Positions 17,803 through 26,339 of a DNA stretch of 64,000 nt are shown one piece after another. The position numbers and the translations under genes were made by a program. The notes below the pieces were generated by a model. It was not told the DNA's origin, ran no database searches, and worked only from the letters and a program-made list of their open reading frames with translations. Source of the stretch: Clostridia bacterium (GTDB lineage Bacteria; Bacillota; Clostridia; Oscillospirales; CAG-272); the NCBI GenBank assembly GCA_017621415.1, contig JAGATD010000033.1:5852-69851 (forward strand), read 5' to 3'. How positions within the stretch are numbered: the first letter of the stretch is position 1; the number at the start of each line of letters is the position of its first letter.

Positions 17803-18558
17803 ATGGAAATAATTACTTTCGGTAATGGCGGAAGGCTTATGCGGTGCGCTGTGCTGCTGTCGGACTTTTGTTCTGAGGGTATAGCGCAAAGGCTGGTTCT
17901 TCTGCCAATACCGACCACAAGAGACGGTATTTATGTAACCGGAACAGAGCTGCCATTAGAAAAGACGGTTTCTGATTTAGTACCCGAAACATTGATTGCA
18001 GGATACGGAATCCCCAATTATATCAAAGAAAAAGCAAAAAATGAGGGGGCATTTGTTTATGATGCTCTTTACGACGAGGAATTTCTTAAAGAGAATGCTG
18101 TAATTACGGCACACGGCGCTCTGGGACATATACTCTCGGACTTCACCGAGGACATATCTGAAATAAAAATAGGAATAATTGGTTATGGCAGGATAGGGTC
18201 AGAGCTTCTCAGACTCCTTTTGTTTATGGGGGCAGAGGTCAGAGTGTACACAACGAGGCCTGATGTTGCAAGGGCTTTGGGTGAGAGCGGCGTTAAGTGC
18301 GAGATTGTCAGCGATGACACAGAGTGGAGCATAAATCAGCTGATCGTAAACACCGCCCCTGCAAAGCTGATAAATGAGGAGCTGCTGTTTGATGAGCTTA
18401 GAGATATTCGGATTTACGACCTTGCTTCGGGCAAAATTTTTCCCGCGCTTTCGAACATTACAAAGCTTGCCTCAATACCCGAACAAATGTATCCTGAGAC
18501 AGCGGGTAAAATATATGCAAAATATGTAAAGCGCGCGCTTTGTGAGGTGAGCAAATGA
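17803..18558 (+). CDS. dpaA: dipicolinate synthase subunit A
   Basis: MEIITFGNGGR..., LLPIPTTRDG, and an NAD-binding GIIGYGRIGSELLRLL. It overlaps the dpaB start. The ORF-track start at 17755 is judged an extension. Confidence 0.8.
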   Translation: MEIITFGNGGRLMRCAVLLSDFCSEGIAQRLVLLPIPTTRDGIYVTGTELPLEKTVSDLVPETLIAGYGIPNYIKEKAKNEGAFVYDALYDEEFLKENAVITAHGALGHILSDFTEDISEIKIGIIGYGRIGSELLRLLLFMGAEVRVYTTRPDVARALGESGVKCEIVSDDTEWSINQLIVNTAPAKLINEELLFDELRDIRIYDLASGKIFPALSNITKLASIPEQMYPETAGKIYAKYVKRALCEVSK

Positions 18559-19118
18559 TAGGATACGCAGTTTGTGCATCATTTTGCACCCACGCAGCAT
18601 CGCTTTCCGCCCTTGAGAGGCTTATTAAGCTGGGGTATGACATTCAGCCCATAATCAGCGAGAACGCATACACAACGGATACGCGGTTTGGCAGAGCGGA
18701 GGAGCTGGCAAGGAGAATGGAGGAGCTGTGCGGCAGAGAGATAATTCATACTGTGAGCGCAGCAGAGCCGCTGGGACCTAAGAAGCCCCTCGATGCTCTT
18801 GTTATTGCCCCCTGTACAGGGAACACCCTTGCGAAAATTGCAAACGGAATTACCGACACCGCTGTAACTATGGCGGCAAAGGCGCACCTAAGGCGGGATA
18901 AAACCTTGCTTATCGCTTTGGCAACAAATGACGCAATGTCACAGAACCTCGGCAATATTGCAAAGCTTATAACCCGCAGGTCGGTGTATTTTGTCAGAAT
19001 GAAGCAGGATGACCCGGAAGCAAAGCCCCATTCATTGGTTGCGGAAATGAGTGAAATACCCGAAGCTCTTGAGGCTGCTATTGAAAGACGGCAGATGCGG
19101 CCGCTGTTTTTAAGCTAG
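18555..19118 (+). CDS. dpaB: dipicolinate synthase subunit B (flavoprotein family)
   Basis: 187 aa: MIGYAVCASFCT..., IAPCTGNTLAKIANGITDT. It is translationally coupled to dpaA. Confidence 0.85.
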   Translation: MIGYAVCASFCTHAASLSALERLIKLGYDIQPIISENAYTTDTRFGRAEELARRMEELCGREIIHTVSAAEPLGPKKPLDALVIAPCTGNTLAKIANGITDTAVTMAAKAHLRRDKTLLIALATNDAMSQNLGNIAKLITRRSVYFVRMKQDDPEAKPHSLVAEMSEIPEALEAAIERRQMRPLFLS

Positions 19119-19142
19119 AATGTAAAAAAATTTGAAAATCTA

Positions 19143-19171
19143 TTGACAAAAAGGGAAATTCGTTGTATAAT
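19143..19171 (+). promoter_or_regulatory. sigma-A promoter of the T-box leader
   Basis: TTGACA-17 nt-TATAAT (ttgacaaaaagggaaattcgttgtataat). Confidence 0.65.
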
Positions 19172-19177
19172 CTACCT

Positions 19178-19441
19178 ATCAGCAAACCTAAGAGAAAGAG
19201 TAGTAACCACATACGGTGTTATCTCAGCGAGCCGCAGGCGGTGTGAGTGCGGTATAAGATGATGCGGTGAATGGACTTTCGAGGGCGAACCGAAATTTAT
19301 TAAAGTAGGCTTCGACGGCGGCACCGTTATCAGCACAACGCATACTTCACGTGCGTGAGAGGACATTTTGTCTTAAAATCGGGTGGTACCGCGAATTTTT
19401 CGCCCTGAGCATTACTTTTCAGTTATGCTTGGGGCTTTTTT
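19178..19441 (+). promoter_or_regulatory. T-box riboswitch leader, specifier UGG (tRNA-Trp)
   Basis: Stem I elements are present: AGAGAAAGAGTAGTAA (GA/K-turn region) and CAGCGAGCC...GGTGTGAG (distal region). The specifier-loop context is GAA-TGG-A at 19272-19274. The conserved T-box sequence AATCGGGTGGTACCGCG lies at 19377-19393. It is followed by the terminator hairpin gccctgagcat/atgcttggggc plus a T-run. Confidence 0.85.
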
Positions 19442-19556
19442 ATTGAACTTGAAACTAGAGATCAGGGGTTGAAATGGGAATTATACGATGGCGGTGCTCG
19501 CAAAGAGCAAAAAACAAGTACTGAAAAAACGAATAAAATTAAAGGAAGAAAATAAA

Positions 19557-20783
19557 ATGAAATTTAATGATGTAGAATTTGATACTTATCTTAAGAAATT
19601 CCCTGATGAAAAGGGTTATTTTGGAAAATACGGTGGTGCGTACATAGCCCCCGAGCTTAAAGCTGCTATGGAGGAAATTACACAGGCTTACTTTACCATT
19701 TGTCAGTCTCGTAAATTTATTGCGGAGCTTCGCCGTATACGCAAGGAGTTCCAGGGCAGACCCACTCCTATTTCTCACCTTGAGCGTCTTTCTAACAGCC
19801 TTGGCGGTGTGCAGCTTTATGTTAAGCGCGAGGACTTAAACCACTCGGGTGCGCATAAGCTTAATCACTGTATGGGTGAGGCGCTTCTTGCGAAATATAT
19901 GGGCAAGAAGAAGGTTATTGCGGAGACCGGTGCTGGCCAGCACGGTGTTGCGCTTGCTACCGCTGCGGCATACTTCGGACTTGAGTGCGATATTTATATG
20001 GGCTCTGTTGACATTAAAAAGCAGGCGCCTAATGTTGCCAGAATGAAGATACTCGGAGCAAATGTTATTGAGGTAACACACGGCCTTGCTACACTTAAGG
20101 AGGCGGTTGACGCAGCCTTTGAGGCTTATGCGAGAGAATATAAGGATGCTATCTACTGCATCGGCTCGGTTCTCGGTCCTCATCCTTTCCCAATGATGGT
20201 TCGTGATTTTCAGCACGTTGTTGGTGAAGAGGCTCGCGCCCAGTTCCTTGAAATGACAGGAAATATTCCCGATACTGTTGTTGCATGTGTTGGCGGCGGC
20301 TCAAACTCTATGGGTATGTTCTCAGGATTTCTCAATGACCCTGTTGAGATTATCGGTGTTGAGCCCCTCGGCAGAGGACCTAAGCTCGGCGACCATGCGG
20401 CAAGTCTTAAGTTTGGCACAGAGGGCATTATGCACGGCTTTAACAGCATTATGCTCAAGGACGAGAACGGTGAGCCGGCTCCCGTTTATTCGGTTGCATC
20501 CGGACTGGACTACCCTTCATCCGGACCGGAGCACGCATATCTGCACGACCTGGGCAGAGTTAAGTATGATACTATTGACGATGATGAGGCAATTGATGCT
20601 TTCTTCAAGCTGGCGCGCATGGAGGGCATTATCCCTGCAATCGAGAGCTCACACGCTGTTGCTTACGGCATAAAGCTTGCCAAGGAGCGTAACCACGGCT
20701 CTGTTCTTATCTGCCTTTCGGGCAGAGGTGATAAGGACATGGACTACGTTCTTCAGAACTACAAAATTCCCGAAAACAAGTAA
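19557..20783 (+). CDS. trpB: tryptophan synthase beta chain (stand-alone, no trpA adjacent)
   Basis: ATG at 19557. Motifs [29 protein letters not shown] (the PLP lysine region) and [10 protein letters not shown]. The ORF-track start at 19488 lies inside the leader and terminator. Confidence 0.9.
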   Translation: MKFNDVEFDTYLKKFPDEKGYFGKYGGAYIAPELKAAMEEITQAYFTICQSRKFIAELRRIRKEFQGRPTPISHLERLSNSLGGVQLYVKREDLNHSGAHKLNHCMGEALLAKYMGKKKVIAETGAGQHGVALATAAAYFGLECDIYMGSVDIKKQAPNVARMKILGANVIEVTHGLATLKEAVDAAFEAYAREYKDAIYCIGSVLGPHPFPMMVRDFQHVVGEEARAQFLEMTGNIPDTVVACVGGGSNSMGMFSGFLNDPVEIIGVEPLGRGPKLGDHAASLKFGTEGIMHGFNSIMLKDENGEPAPVYSVASGLDYPSSGPEHAYLHDLGRVKYDTIDDDEAIDAFFKLARMEGIIPAIESSHAVAYGIKLAKERNHGSVLICLSGRGDKDMDYVLQNYKIPENK

Positions 20784-20792
20784 TATATAACG

Positions 20793-20830
20793 AAAACCTC
20801 TTACGTCTGATTCGATGTAAGAGGTTTTTT
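20793..20830. terminator. bidirectional intrinsic terminator
   Basis: Hairpin aacctcttac/gtaagaggtt flanked by an A-run and a T-run, between convergent genes. Confidence 0.8.
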
Positions 20831-20843
20831 AATACCAAAGTTT

Positions 20844-22014
20844 TTATTTAAGCTTTATAAAATTATCGCTTCTTGTGGTTGTTGCAGGGGGAGCGGGGTC
20901 AAGCTTTCTGTCCGCAATGCCGAGTATATCCTCGGGACGTATCCAGGGCTTGCCCTGTATTCCGCTGGTTTCCTCGTGGGTGAGATAGCCCTTGTATGCG
21001 GTAAGACTGCGGCGGATGTATCCGTCTCTTACACAGGCTTCCTTTATTCCATTGTTAAGGATATTAAGAAGCAGAGGCAGCGTTTCTGCTGCGAGAGCAA
21101 CCGATGTGGAGTGAGCTACCGCACCGGGAATGTTGCTGACACAGTAGTGAACAACACCGTTTACAACGTATCTAGGGTTGTCATGGTGAGTTTCGTGACT
21201 TGATTCTATCGCTCCCGGGTCATCGTTTGAAATATCAACAAGGACAGAGCCCGGCTCCATAGTCTTAAGCATTTCCTTGTCAATAAGGAAGTCCTTTCTC
21301 TGCTTGGGCCACTTGACACAGTTGACGACCATATCAGTGGTGGGAAGAAGCGAGGCAATTGCCTCTTTTGTGCAGAACATAGTGTTTATCTTTTGATGAT
21401 ATCTGTCAGAGAGGGTTCGCAGTACACCAGCGTTTATATCCATTACGGTAACATTAGCGCCAAGGGCATGGAGTACAGAGAGTGCGCCCTGACCGACAAG
21501 ACCGCCGCCGAGAATGAGAACATTCATACCCGGTGCGCCTGCAAATCCGCCTACGAATTTACCCTTACCGCCGTTTATGGTAAGCATAGATTCAAGACCG
21601 AAGAGAGCGCCCTGCTTTCCTGCCGCCTCGCAGTTGGGGGAGCCGAAACGGTGGCTGTCCTCTGCTGTTATGGCAATACACTTGCTTTTTAGTATAGCAT
21701 CAACCTCTTCGGGGTGGCCCGCAGGGTGTATGCAGCAGTAAATCATTTGTCCCTCTCTAAGCAGGGGGTATTCGCAGGGAAAAAATTTCTTTAACCTTAG
21801 CGAGAAGGTCGCACCTCTCGAACATTTCCTTTGCCGAATAAACTATTTCAGCACCTGCCGCTACGTATTTTTCGTCGGGGAAACCTGCCTTTTCTCCGCA
21901 GTTGTGTTCTGCGAGAACGGTGTGGCCTGCGGCAACTATGGAAGCCGCCTCAATAGGGGTGCAAATAACTCTGTATTCGCCTTCTTTTATATCCTTTAAA
22001 ATACCAAATGTCAT
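20844..22014 (-). pseudogene. alanine dehydrogenase/PNT-family oxidoreductase, split by a 1-nt frameshift in a homopolymer
   Basis: ORFs 21757..22014 (N-terminus MTFGILKDIKEGEYRVICTP...AGHTVLAEHNCG) and 20844..21746 (GGGLVGQGAL Rossmann fold, HDNPRYVVNGVVHYCVSNIPGAV) are consecutive parts of a single AlaDH-family protein. Removing one base from the A6 run at 21780-21785 (T6 in the sense strand) gives the continuous reading VKEIFPCEYPLLREGQMIYCCIH. Confidence 0.8.
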
Positions 22015-22026
22015 AGTGAGACTCCT

Positions 22027-23088
22027 TTAAATTTTATCTGCCATCTGGTCGCAGTAGATACATCTGCCCTCGTCAAAGAGATGCTTTATTCCTCGCTCGT
22101 TTCTTGAAATGCAGTGAGGATTATTGCATATAAGAGCAGGATTTTCATATCCGTGGAAGCGCTTATCCGACACACCCTTTGTTTTAAGAAGCATAAGTAT
22201 CAGAGCCATTCTGATATATCTGCCGTACATAGCCTGGTCAAAGTAGTCGGCTCTGGGGTCGTCGTCAACGTCAACGTCAATTTCGTTTACTCTGGGAAGA
22301 GGATGAAGTATAGATAGGTCATCCTTTGCGCCGGAGAGCTTGTCTCTTGTGAGAATGTAGGAGTCTTTAAGTCTTTCGTATTCCTCTCTTGAGTCAAATC
22401 TTTCAGCCTGAATTCTCGTCATATAAAGAATGTCGAGAGAGGGAATAGCCTTGTCAAGGTTATCTGTCTCAACAAATTCACATCCCGCACCGTAAAGATA
22501 CTCGTCTTTTACATAATCGGGGAGCTTAAGCTCATCGGGAGCTATAAGCACAAATCTCACACCCTCGTAGCGGGAAAGGGCTGAAATAAGAGAGTGAACG
22601 GTTCTTCCGTATTTTAAGTCACCGCAAACACCAACGGTAAGGTTCTCAAAATGCCCTTTCTTTTTCTTGATGGTGAGGAGGTCGGTAAGAGTTTGGGTGG
22701 GGTGAAAGTGACCGCCGTCGCCTGCGTTAATAACAGGAACGGATGAAACCTCTGAGGCAACAATGGGCGCACCCTCCTTGGGGTGGCGCATTACTATGAT
22801 GTCGGAGTACGCGCTGACCATTCTTATTGTATCGGAAACCGTTTCGCCTTTTGCGGTAGAGGAGCTTGCAGCCTGTGAAAAGCCGAGAACATTTCCGCCA
22901 AGACTCATCATTGCAGATGTGAAGCTAAGCCTGGTTCTGGTTGAGGGCTCAAAGAAGAGAGTGCCCAAAATTTTGCCGCGGCAGGAGTTGGTATAAAGCT
23001 CCGGGTTGTCAAGTATATCCGAGGCAACCTTAATAAGCTCGTCTATCTCCTCTGTGGAGAGGTCAAGTATATTTACAAGATTTCTCAT
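22027..23088 (-). CDS. pyrB: aspartate carbamoyltransferase catalytic chain with a fused C-terminal PyrI-like zinc domain
   Basis: 353 aa with [12 protein letters not shown], the HPTQ motif ([11 protein letters not shown]) and HPLPRVNEI. The extra roughly 45-aa tail carries C-x4-C...C-x2-C (CNNPHCIS...CIYC), as in the Zn domain of the ATCase regulatory chain. Confidence 0.85.
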   Translation of the reverse strand: MRNLVNILDLSTEEIDELIKVASDILDNPELYTNSCRGKILGTLFFEPSTRTRLSFTSAMMSLGGNVLGFSQAASSSTAKGETVSDTIRMVSAYSDIIVMRHPKEGAPIVASEVSSVPVINAGDGGHFHPTQTLTDLLTIKKKKGHFENLTVGVCGDLKYGRTVHSLISALSRYEGVRFVLIAPDELKLPDYVKDEYLYGAGCEFVETDNLDKAIPSLDILYMTRIQAERFDSREEYERLKDSYILTRDKLSGAKDDLSILHPLPRVNEIDVDVDDDPRADYFDQAMYGRYIRMALILMLLKTKGVSDKRFHGYENPALICNNPHCISRNERGIKHLFDEGRCIYCDQMADKI

Positions 23089-23139
23089 AACTGCATTTAC
23101 TCCGTTATATGTTAATTATTATTTGCAAAAGGGCGTGAT

Positions 23140-23790
23140 TTATGCGCCGTAAACCTCAAGATATTTTTTAATTCTCTCAACGTTTTCTTTGTTCTCGGGT
23201 TTTTCCTCAAGATACTCTATGATGTCATAAACATCAACAATAGAGTATACAGGGAAGCCGAACTGCTCCTCTATCTCATCCATAGCGCCCTTGTCGCCCT
23301 GGCCTTTTTCCTTACGGTTTACCATAATGAAGGCAGCGGCAACCTTTGTTCCCTCAAGGTGAGATAGGATGTCCATAGATTCTCTGATAGCAGTGCCTGC
23401 AGTGATAACGTCCTCAATAATAACGATTTCCTCGCCCTCCTTCGGTACGTATCCTACAAATACACCGCCCTCGCCGTGGTCCTTAACCTCTTTTCTGTTA
23501 AAGAAGAAAGGAACGTTGAGTCCGTTCTTAGAAAGAGCGACCGCTGCGGAAACCGAAAGGGAAATTCCCTTGTATGCAGGACCGTAAAGGACAGCGGGCT
23601 TTTTGCCGAGCTTTTCAAAATATGCCTTTGCGTAAAATTCGCCAAGGGTTGCAATATCTGCACCTGTCTTAATCATACCTGCGTTGATAAAGTAGGGAAT
23701 TTTTCTTCCCGATTTAGCGGTGAAATCACCAAACTTAAGAACGCCTGCGTTCTCAAGGAACTGTATAAATTCTCTCTTGTAGCTTTCCAT
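23140..23790 (-). CDS. pyrE: orotate phosphoribosyltransferase
   Basis: MESYKREFIQFLENAGVLKFGDFTAKSGRKIPYF and the PRPP loop IIEDVITAGTA. I chose the ATG at 23790. The ORF-track TTG at 23844 is possible but adds a non-conserved 18 aa. Confidence 0.85.
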   Translation of the reverse strand: MESYKREFIQFLENAGVLKFGDFTAKSGRKIPYFINAGMIKTGADIATLGEFYAKAYFEKLGKKPAVLYGPAYKGISLSVSAAVALSKNGLNVPFFFNRKEVKDHGEGGVFVGYVPKEGEEIVIIEDVITAGTAIRESMDILSHLEGTKVAAAFIMVNRKEKGQGDKGAMDEIEEQFGFPVYSIVDVYDIIEYLEEKPENKENVERIKKYLEVYGA

Positions 23791-23933
23791 AGTTAGTTTA
23801 CCTATCGCGGAAACCTTTTTGCAAAGGTTATCCGCACCTTCCAAAAATTCTAAAAATATTTTTACAAAAAACCTTTGTGAAGTTTTTGCGGGATGCGGGG
23901 AATTTTATTCAAAAAGCTCCCAGCATTTTTTTC

Positions 23934-24632
23934 TTAATCGCAGAACTCTCTTACACAGCGCTCATATGCTGCAACAGGATCCTCTGCTGCGGTGATAGGT
24001 CTTCCTACAACGATATAGTCAGAGCCTATCTTCTTTGCCTCAGCGGGAGTCATAACTCTCTTCTGGTCACCGATGTCGCCGTCAGCAAATCTTACACCGG
24101 GGGTAACGGTGACAAAATTCTTGCCGCAGGTGTCGTGCACCTTGCCGGCCTCGAGGGGAGAGCAAACAACACCGTCAAGTCCTGCCTCCATAGCGTTATG
24201 AGCATAGTGCATAACAACCTTGTCTATAGGCTCGTTAATAAGGAGGTCGGCTTTCATAGTCTCCTCGTCTGTGGATGTGAGCTGAGTTACAGCGATAAGC
24301 ATAGGACGTGTGCCGTCCTCGCGGGTAAGTCCCTCAATAGCGGCAGCCATCATGCGCTTTGTACCTGCCGCATGCAGGTTTGTCATATCAACGTCAAGGC
24401 GAGAAAGAACCGCCATAGACTTTTTTACTGTATTGGGGATATCGTGAAGCTTAAGGTCAAGGAATATCTTGTGTCCTCTCTTCTTTATTTCCTTTACGAT
24501 AGAGGGCCCCTCTGCATAGTAGAGCTCCATACCGATTTTAACAAAAGGCTTTCTTCCTGTGAATTTATCAAGGAAAGCAAAGGTTTTTTCCGCACTGTCA
24601 AAATCACAGGCAATAATTACGTCCTTTCCCAT
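23934..24632 (-). CDS. pyrF: orotidine 5'-phosphate decarboxylase
   Basis: 232 aa: [26 protein letters not shown]. Confidence 0.9.
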   Translation of the reverse strand: MGKDVIIACDFDSAEKTFAFLDKFTGRKPFVKIGMELYYAEGPSIVKEIKKRGHKIFLDLKLHDIPNTVKKSMAVLSRLDVDMTNLHAAGTKRMMAAAIEGLTREDGTRPMLIAVTQLTSTDEETMKADLLINEPIDKVVMHYAHNAMEAGLDGVVCSPLEAGKVHDTCGKNFVTVTPGVRFADGDIGDQKRVMTPAEAKKIGSDYIVVGRPITAAEDPVAAYERCVREFCD

Positions 24633-25540
24633 TAATGCGCACCTCCAATAATATCTGTAAGATTTTCTATTCTGTATTTTTCCATAACACGAGGCAGGTC
24701 CTCGATTATATTTTTGCAGGCAAAGGGGTCAACAAGGTTGGCAGCGCCTACCTCAACCGCAGTAGCGCCCGCAAGCATCATTTCTATAACGTCCTCGGCT
24801 GTAGAAATGCCTCCGCCGCCGACAATAGGAATTTTAACCGCATCGTATACCTGATATACCATTCTTAAGGCGACAGGCTTGATTGCCGGACCTGAGAAGC
24901 CGCCCATTTTGTTCGCTACAACAGGCTTTCTTGACTTCAGGTCTATTCTCATTCCGAGAAGAGTATTTATGAGGCTGATGCCGTCAGCGCCCGCAGCCTC
25001 GCAGGCCTTGGCTATGGATACTATATCGGTAACATTAGGCGAGAGCTTAACAATAACGGGCTTTGTCGTCACCTTTTTAACTGCTGCGGTAACCTCCGCT
25101 GCCGCCTCGGGAGATGTGCCAAAGCTCATTCCGCCGCCGTGAACATTAGGGCAGGAAACATTAACTTCAAACCAGCCAATCTGACTCTCTTTGTCAAGCT
25201 TCTCGCAGGTGTAAACATACTCATCAACCGAAAAGCCCGAAACATTAGCCATAACAGGCTTACTGAAGCACGTCTTAAGCTTAGGAAGCTCATTTTTAAT
25301 AACATCTTCAACACCGGGGTTTTGAAGTCCGACAGAGTTTATCATACCTCTTTCGCACTCGGCGATACGGGGTGTGGGATTTCCAAATCTTTTGTCCTTT
25401 GTAGTACCCTTAAAGGAAAATGTTCCAAGAATATTGATGTCATAAAGCTCGGCAAATTCATAGCCAAATCCAAATGTACCCGATGCGGGAATAATAGGGT
25501 TTGACATCTCTATTCCGCAAAGTTTAACTTTAGTATTCAT
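24632..25540 (-). CDS. pyrD: dihydroorotate dehydrogenase B, catalytic subunit
   Basis: 302 aa: [30 protein letters not shown]. Confidence 0.9.
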   Translation of the reverse strand: MNTKVKLCGIEMSNPIIPASGTFGFGYEFAELYDINILGTFSFKGTTKDKRFGNPTPRIAECERGMINSVGLQNPGVEDVIKNELPKLKTCFSKPVMANVSGFSVDEYVYTCEKLDKESQIGWFEVNVSCPNVHGGGMSFGTSPEAAAEVTAAVKKVTTKPVIVKLSPNVTDIVSIAKACEAAGADGISLINTLLGMRIDLKSRKPVVANKMGGFSGPAIKPVALRMVYQVYDAVKIPIVGGGGISTAEDVIEMMLAGATAVEVGAANLVDPFACKNIIEDLPRVMEKYRIENLTDIIGGAH

Positions 25541-25587
25541 AAAATATTTGACCTTGGTGAAATAATTCCGAATTTAGAATTTCGAAT

Positions 25588-26325
25588 TTACTTCTCCCAA
25601 AGTATTTCCTCCTTTTCCATTACAGGTCCCTCTTTGCAAATTCTCTTATAGCCTGTAATTGTTTTGCAGGAGCATCCCATACATGCGCCGAAGCCGCATC
25701 CCATTCGCTCTTCAAATGAGAGCTGGCCGGATGTTTTTGAAGCCTTGAATACAGCCTTAAGCATAGGCTCTGGACCGCAGGTGTAGAAGTAGGTGTAGTC
25801 AACAGTCTCCATAGGAGTGGTTACAAAGCCCTGTGTGCCGTAAGAGCCGTCTGCTGTGCAAACAACAACATCAGCGCCGAGAGCCTTAAACTCATTTTCG
25901 TAAAACACCTCGTCTTTTGTATTAAAGCCGAGAATTACAACAGGCGCTTTTCCCTCTTTAACGAGTCTTTTGCAAAGCTCGAACATAGGGGGAACTCCCG
26001 CACCGCCGCCGATAAGGAGAGGCTTGTCGCCCGATTTCGTGAGGTCGTAGCCGTTGCCAAGACCTGTAAGGGTCTGCCACACTGTGCCTGCGGCAGCCTC
26101 TGCCATTTGCTCGGTGCCAGCGCCTACGACCTTATAGATAAGGGTCAGGCGGTTATCTTCAACAGCGCAAATCGAGATAGGACGGCGGAGGAATTTACCC
26201 TCCAGCTTTATGTTTACGAACTGCCCGGGGGCGGTGATATGAGAAACATCGCCCTCAAGAACAGATTCGTATGTGTTTTTTGCTATTTGTTTGTTGGAAA
26301 TTACTTTAAGATTTACGTCTTTCAA
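25588..26325 (-). CDS. pyrK: dihydroorotate dehydrogenase B, electron-transfer (FAD/2Fe-2S) subunit
   Basis: 245 aa: RPISIC and the C-terminal cluster CGFGACMGCSC. Confidence 0.9.
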   Translation of the reverse strand: MKDVNLKVISNKQIAKNTYESVLEGDVSHITAPGQFVNIKLEGKFLRRPISICAVEDNRLTLIYKVVGAGTEQMAEAAAGTVWQTLTGLGNGYDLTKSGDKPLLIGGGAGVPPMFELCKRLVKEGKAPVVILGFNTKDEVFYENEFKALGADVVVCTADGSYGTQGFVTTPMETVDYTYFYTCGPEPMLKAVFKASKTSGQLSFEERMGCGFGACMGCSCKTITGYKRICKEGPVMEKEEILWEK

Positions 26326-26339
26326 GTCGCTATTTCCTT

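Noticed and set aside
23812-23829. Hairpin aaccttt-gcaa-aaaggtt in the pyrF-pyrE intergenic region, considered as an internal attenuator or terminator
   Set aside because: It is a 7-bp AT-rich stem with no following T-run on the minus strand. That is insufficient to call it a terminator.
23877-24635. 252-aa plus-strand ORF overlapping pyrF
   Set aside because: It is antisense to pyrF, whose motifs are unambiguous. It is a shadow ORF. Similar large antisense ORFs such as 43057..43689, 52049..52720, 35118..35726 and 11857..12405 are rejected for the same reason.
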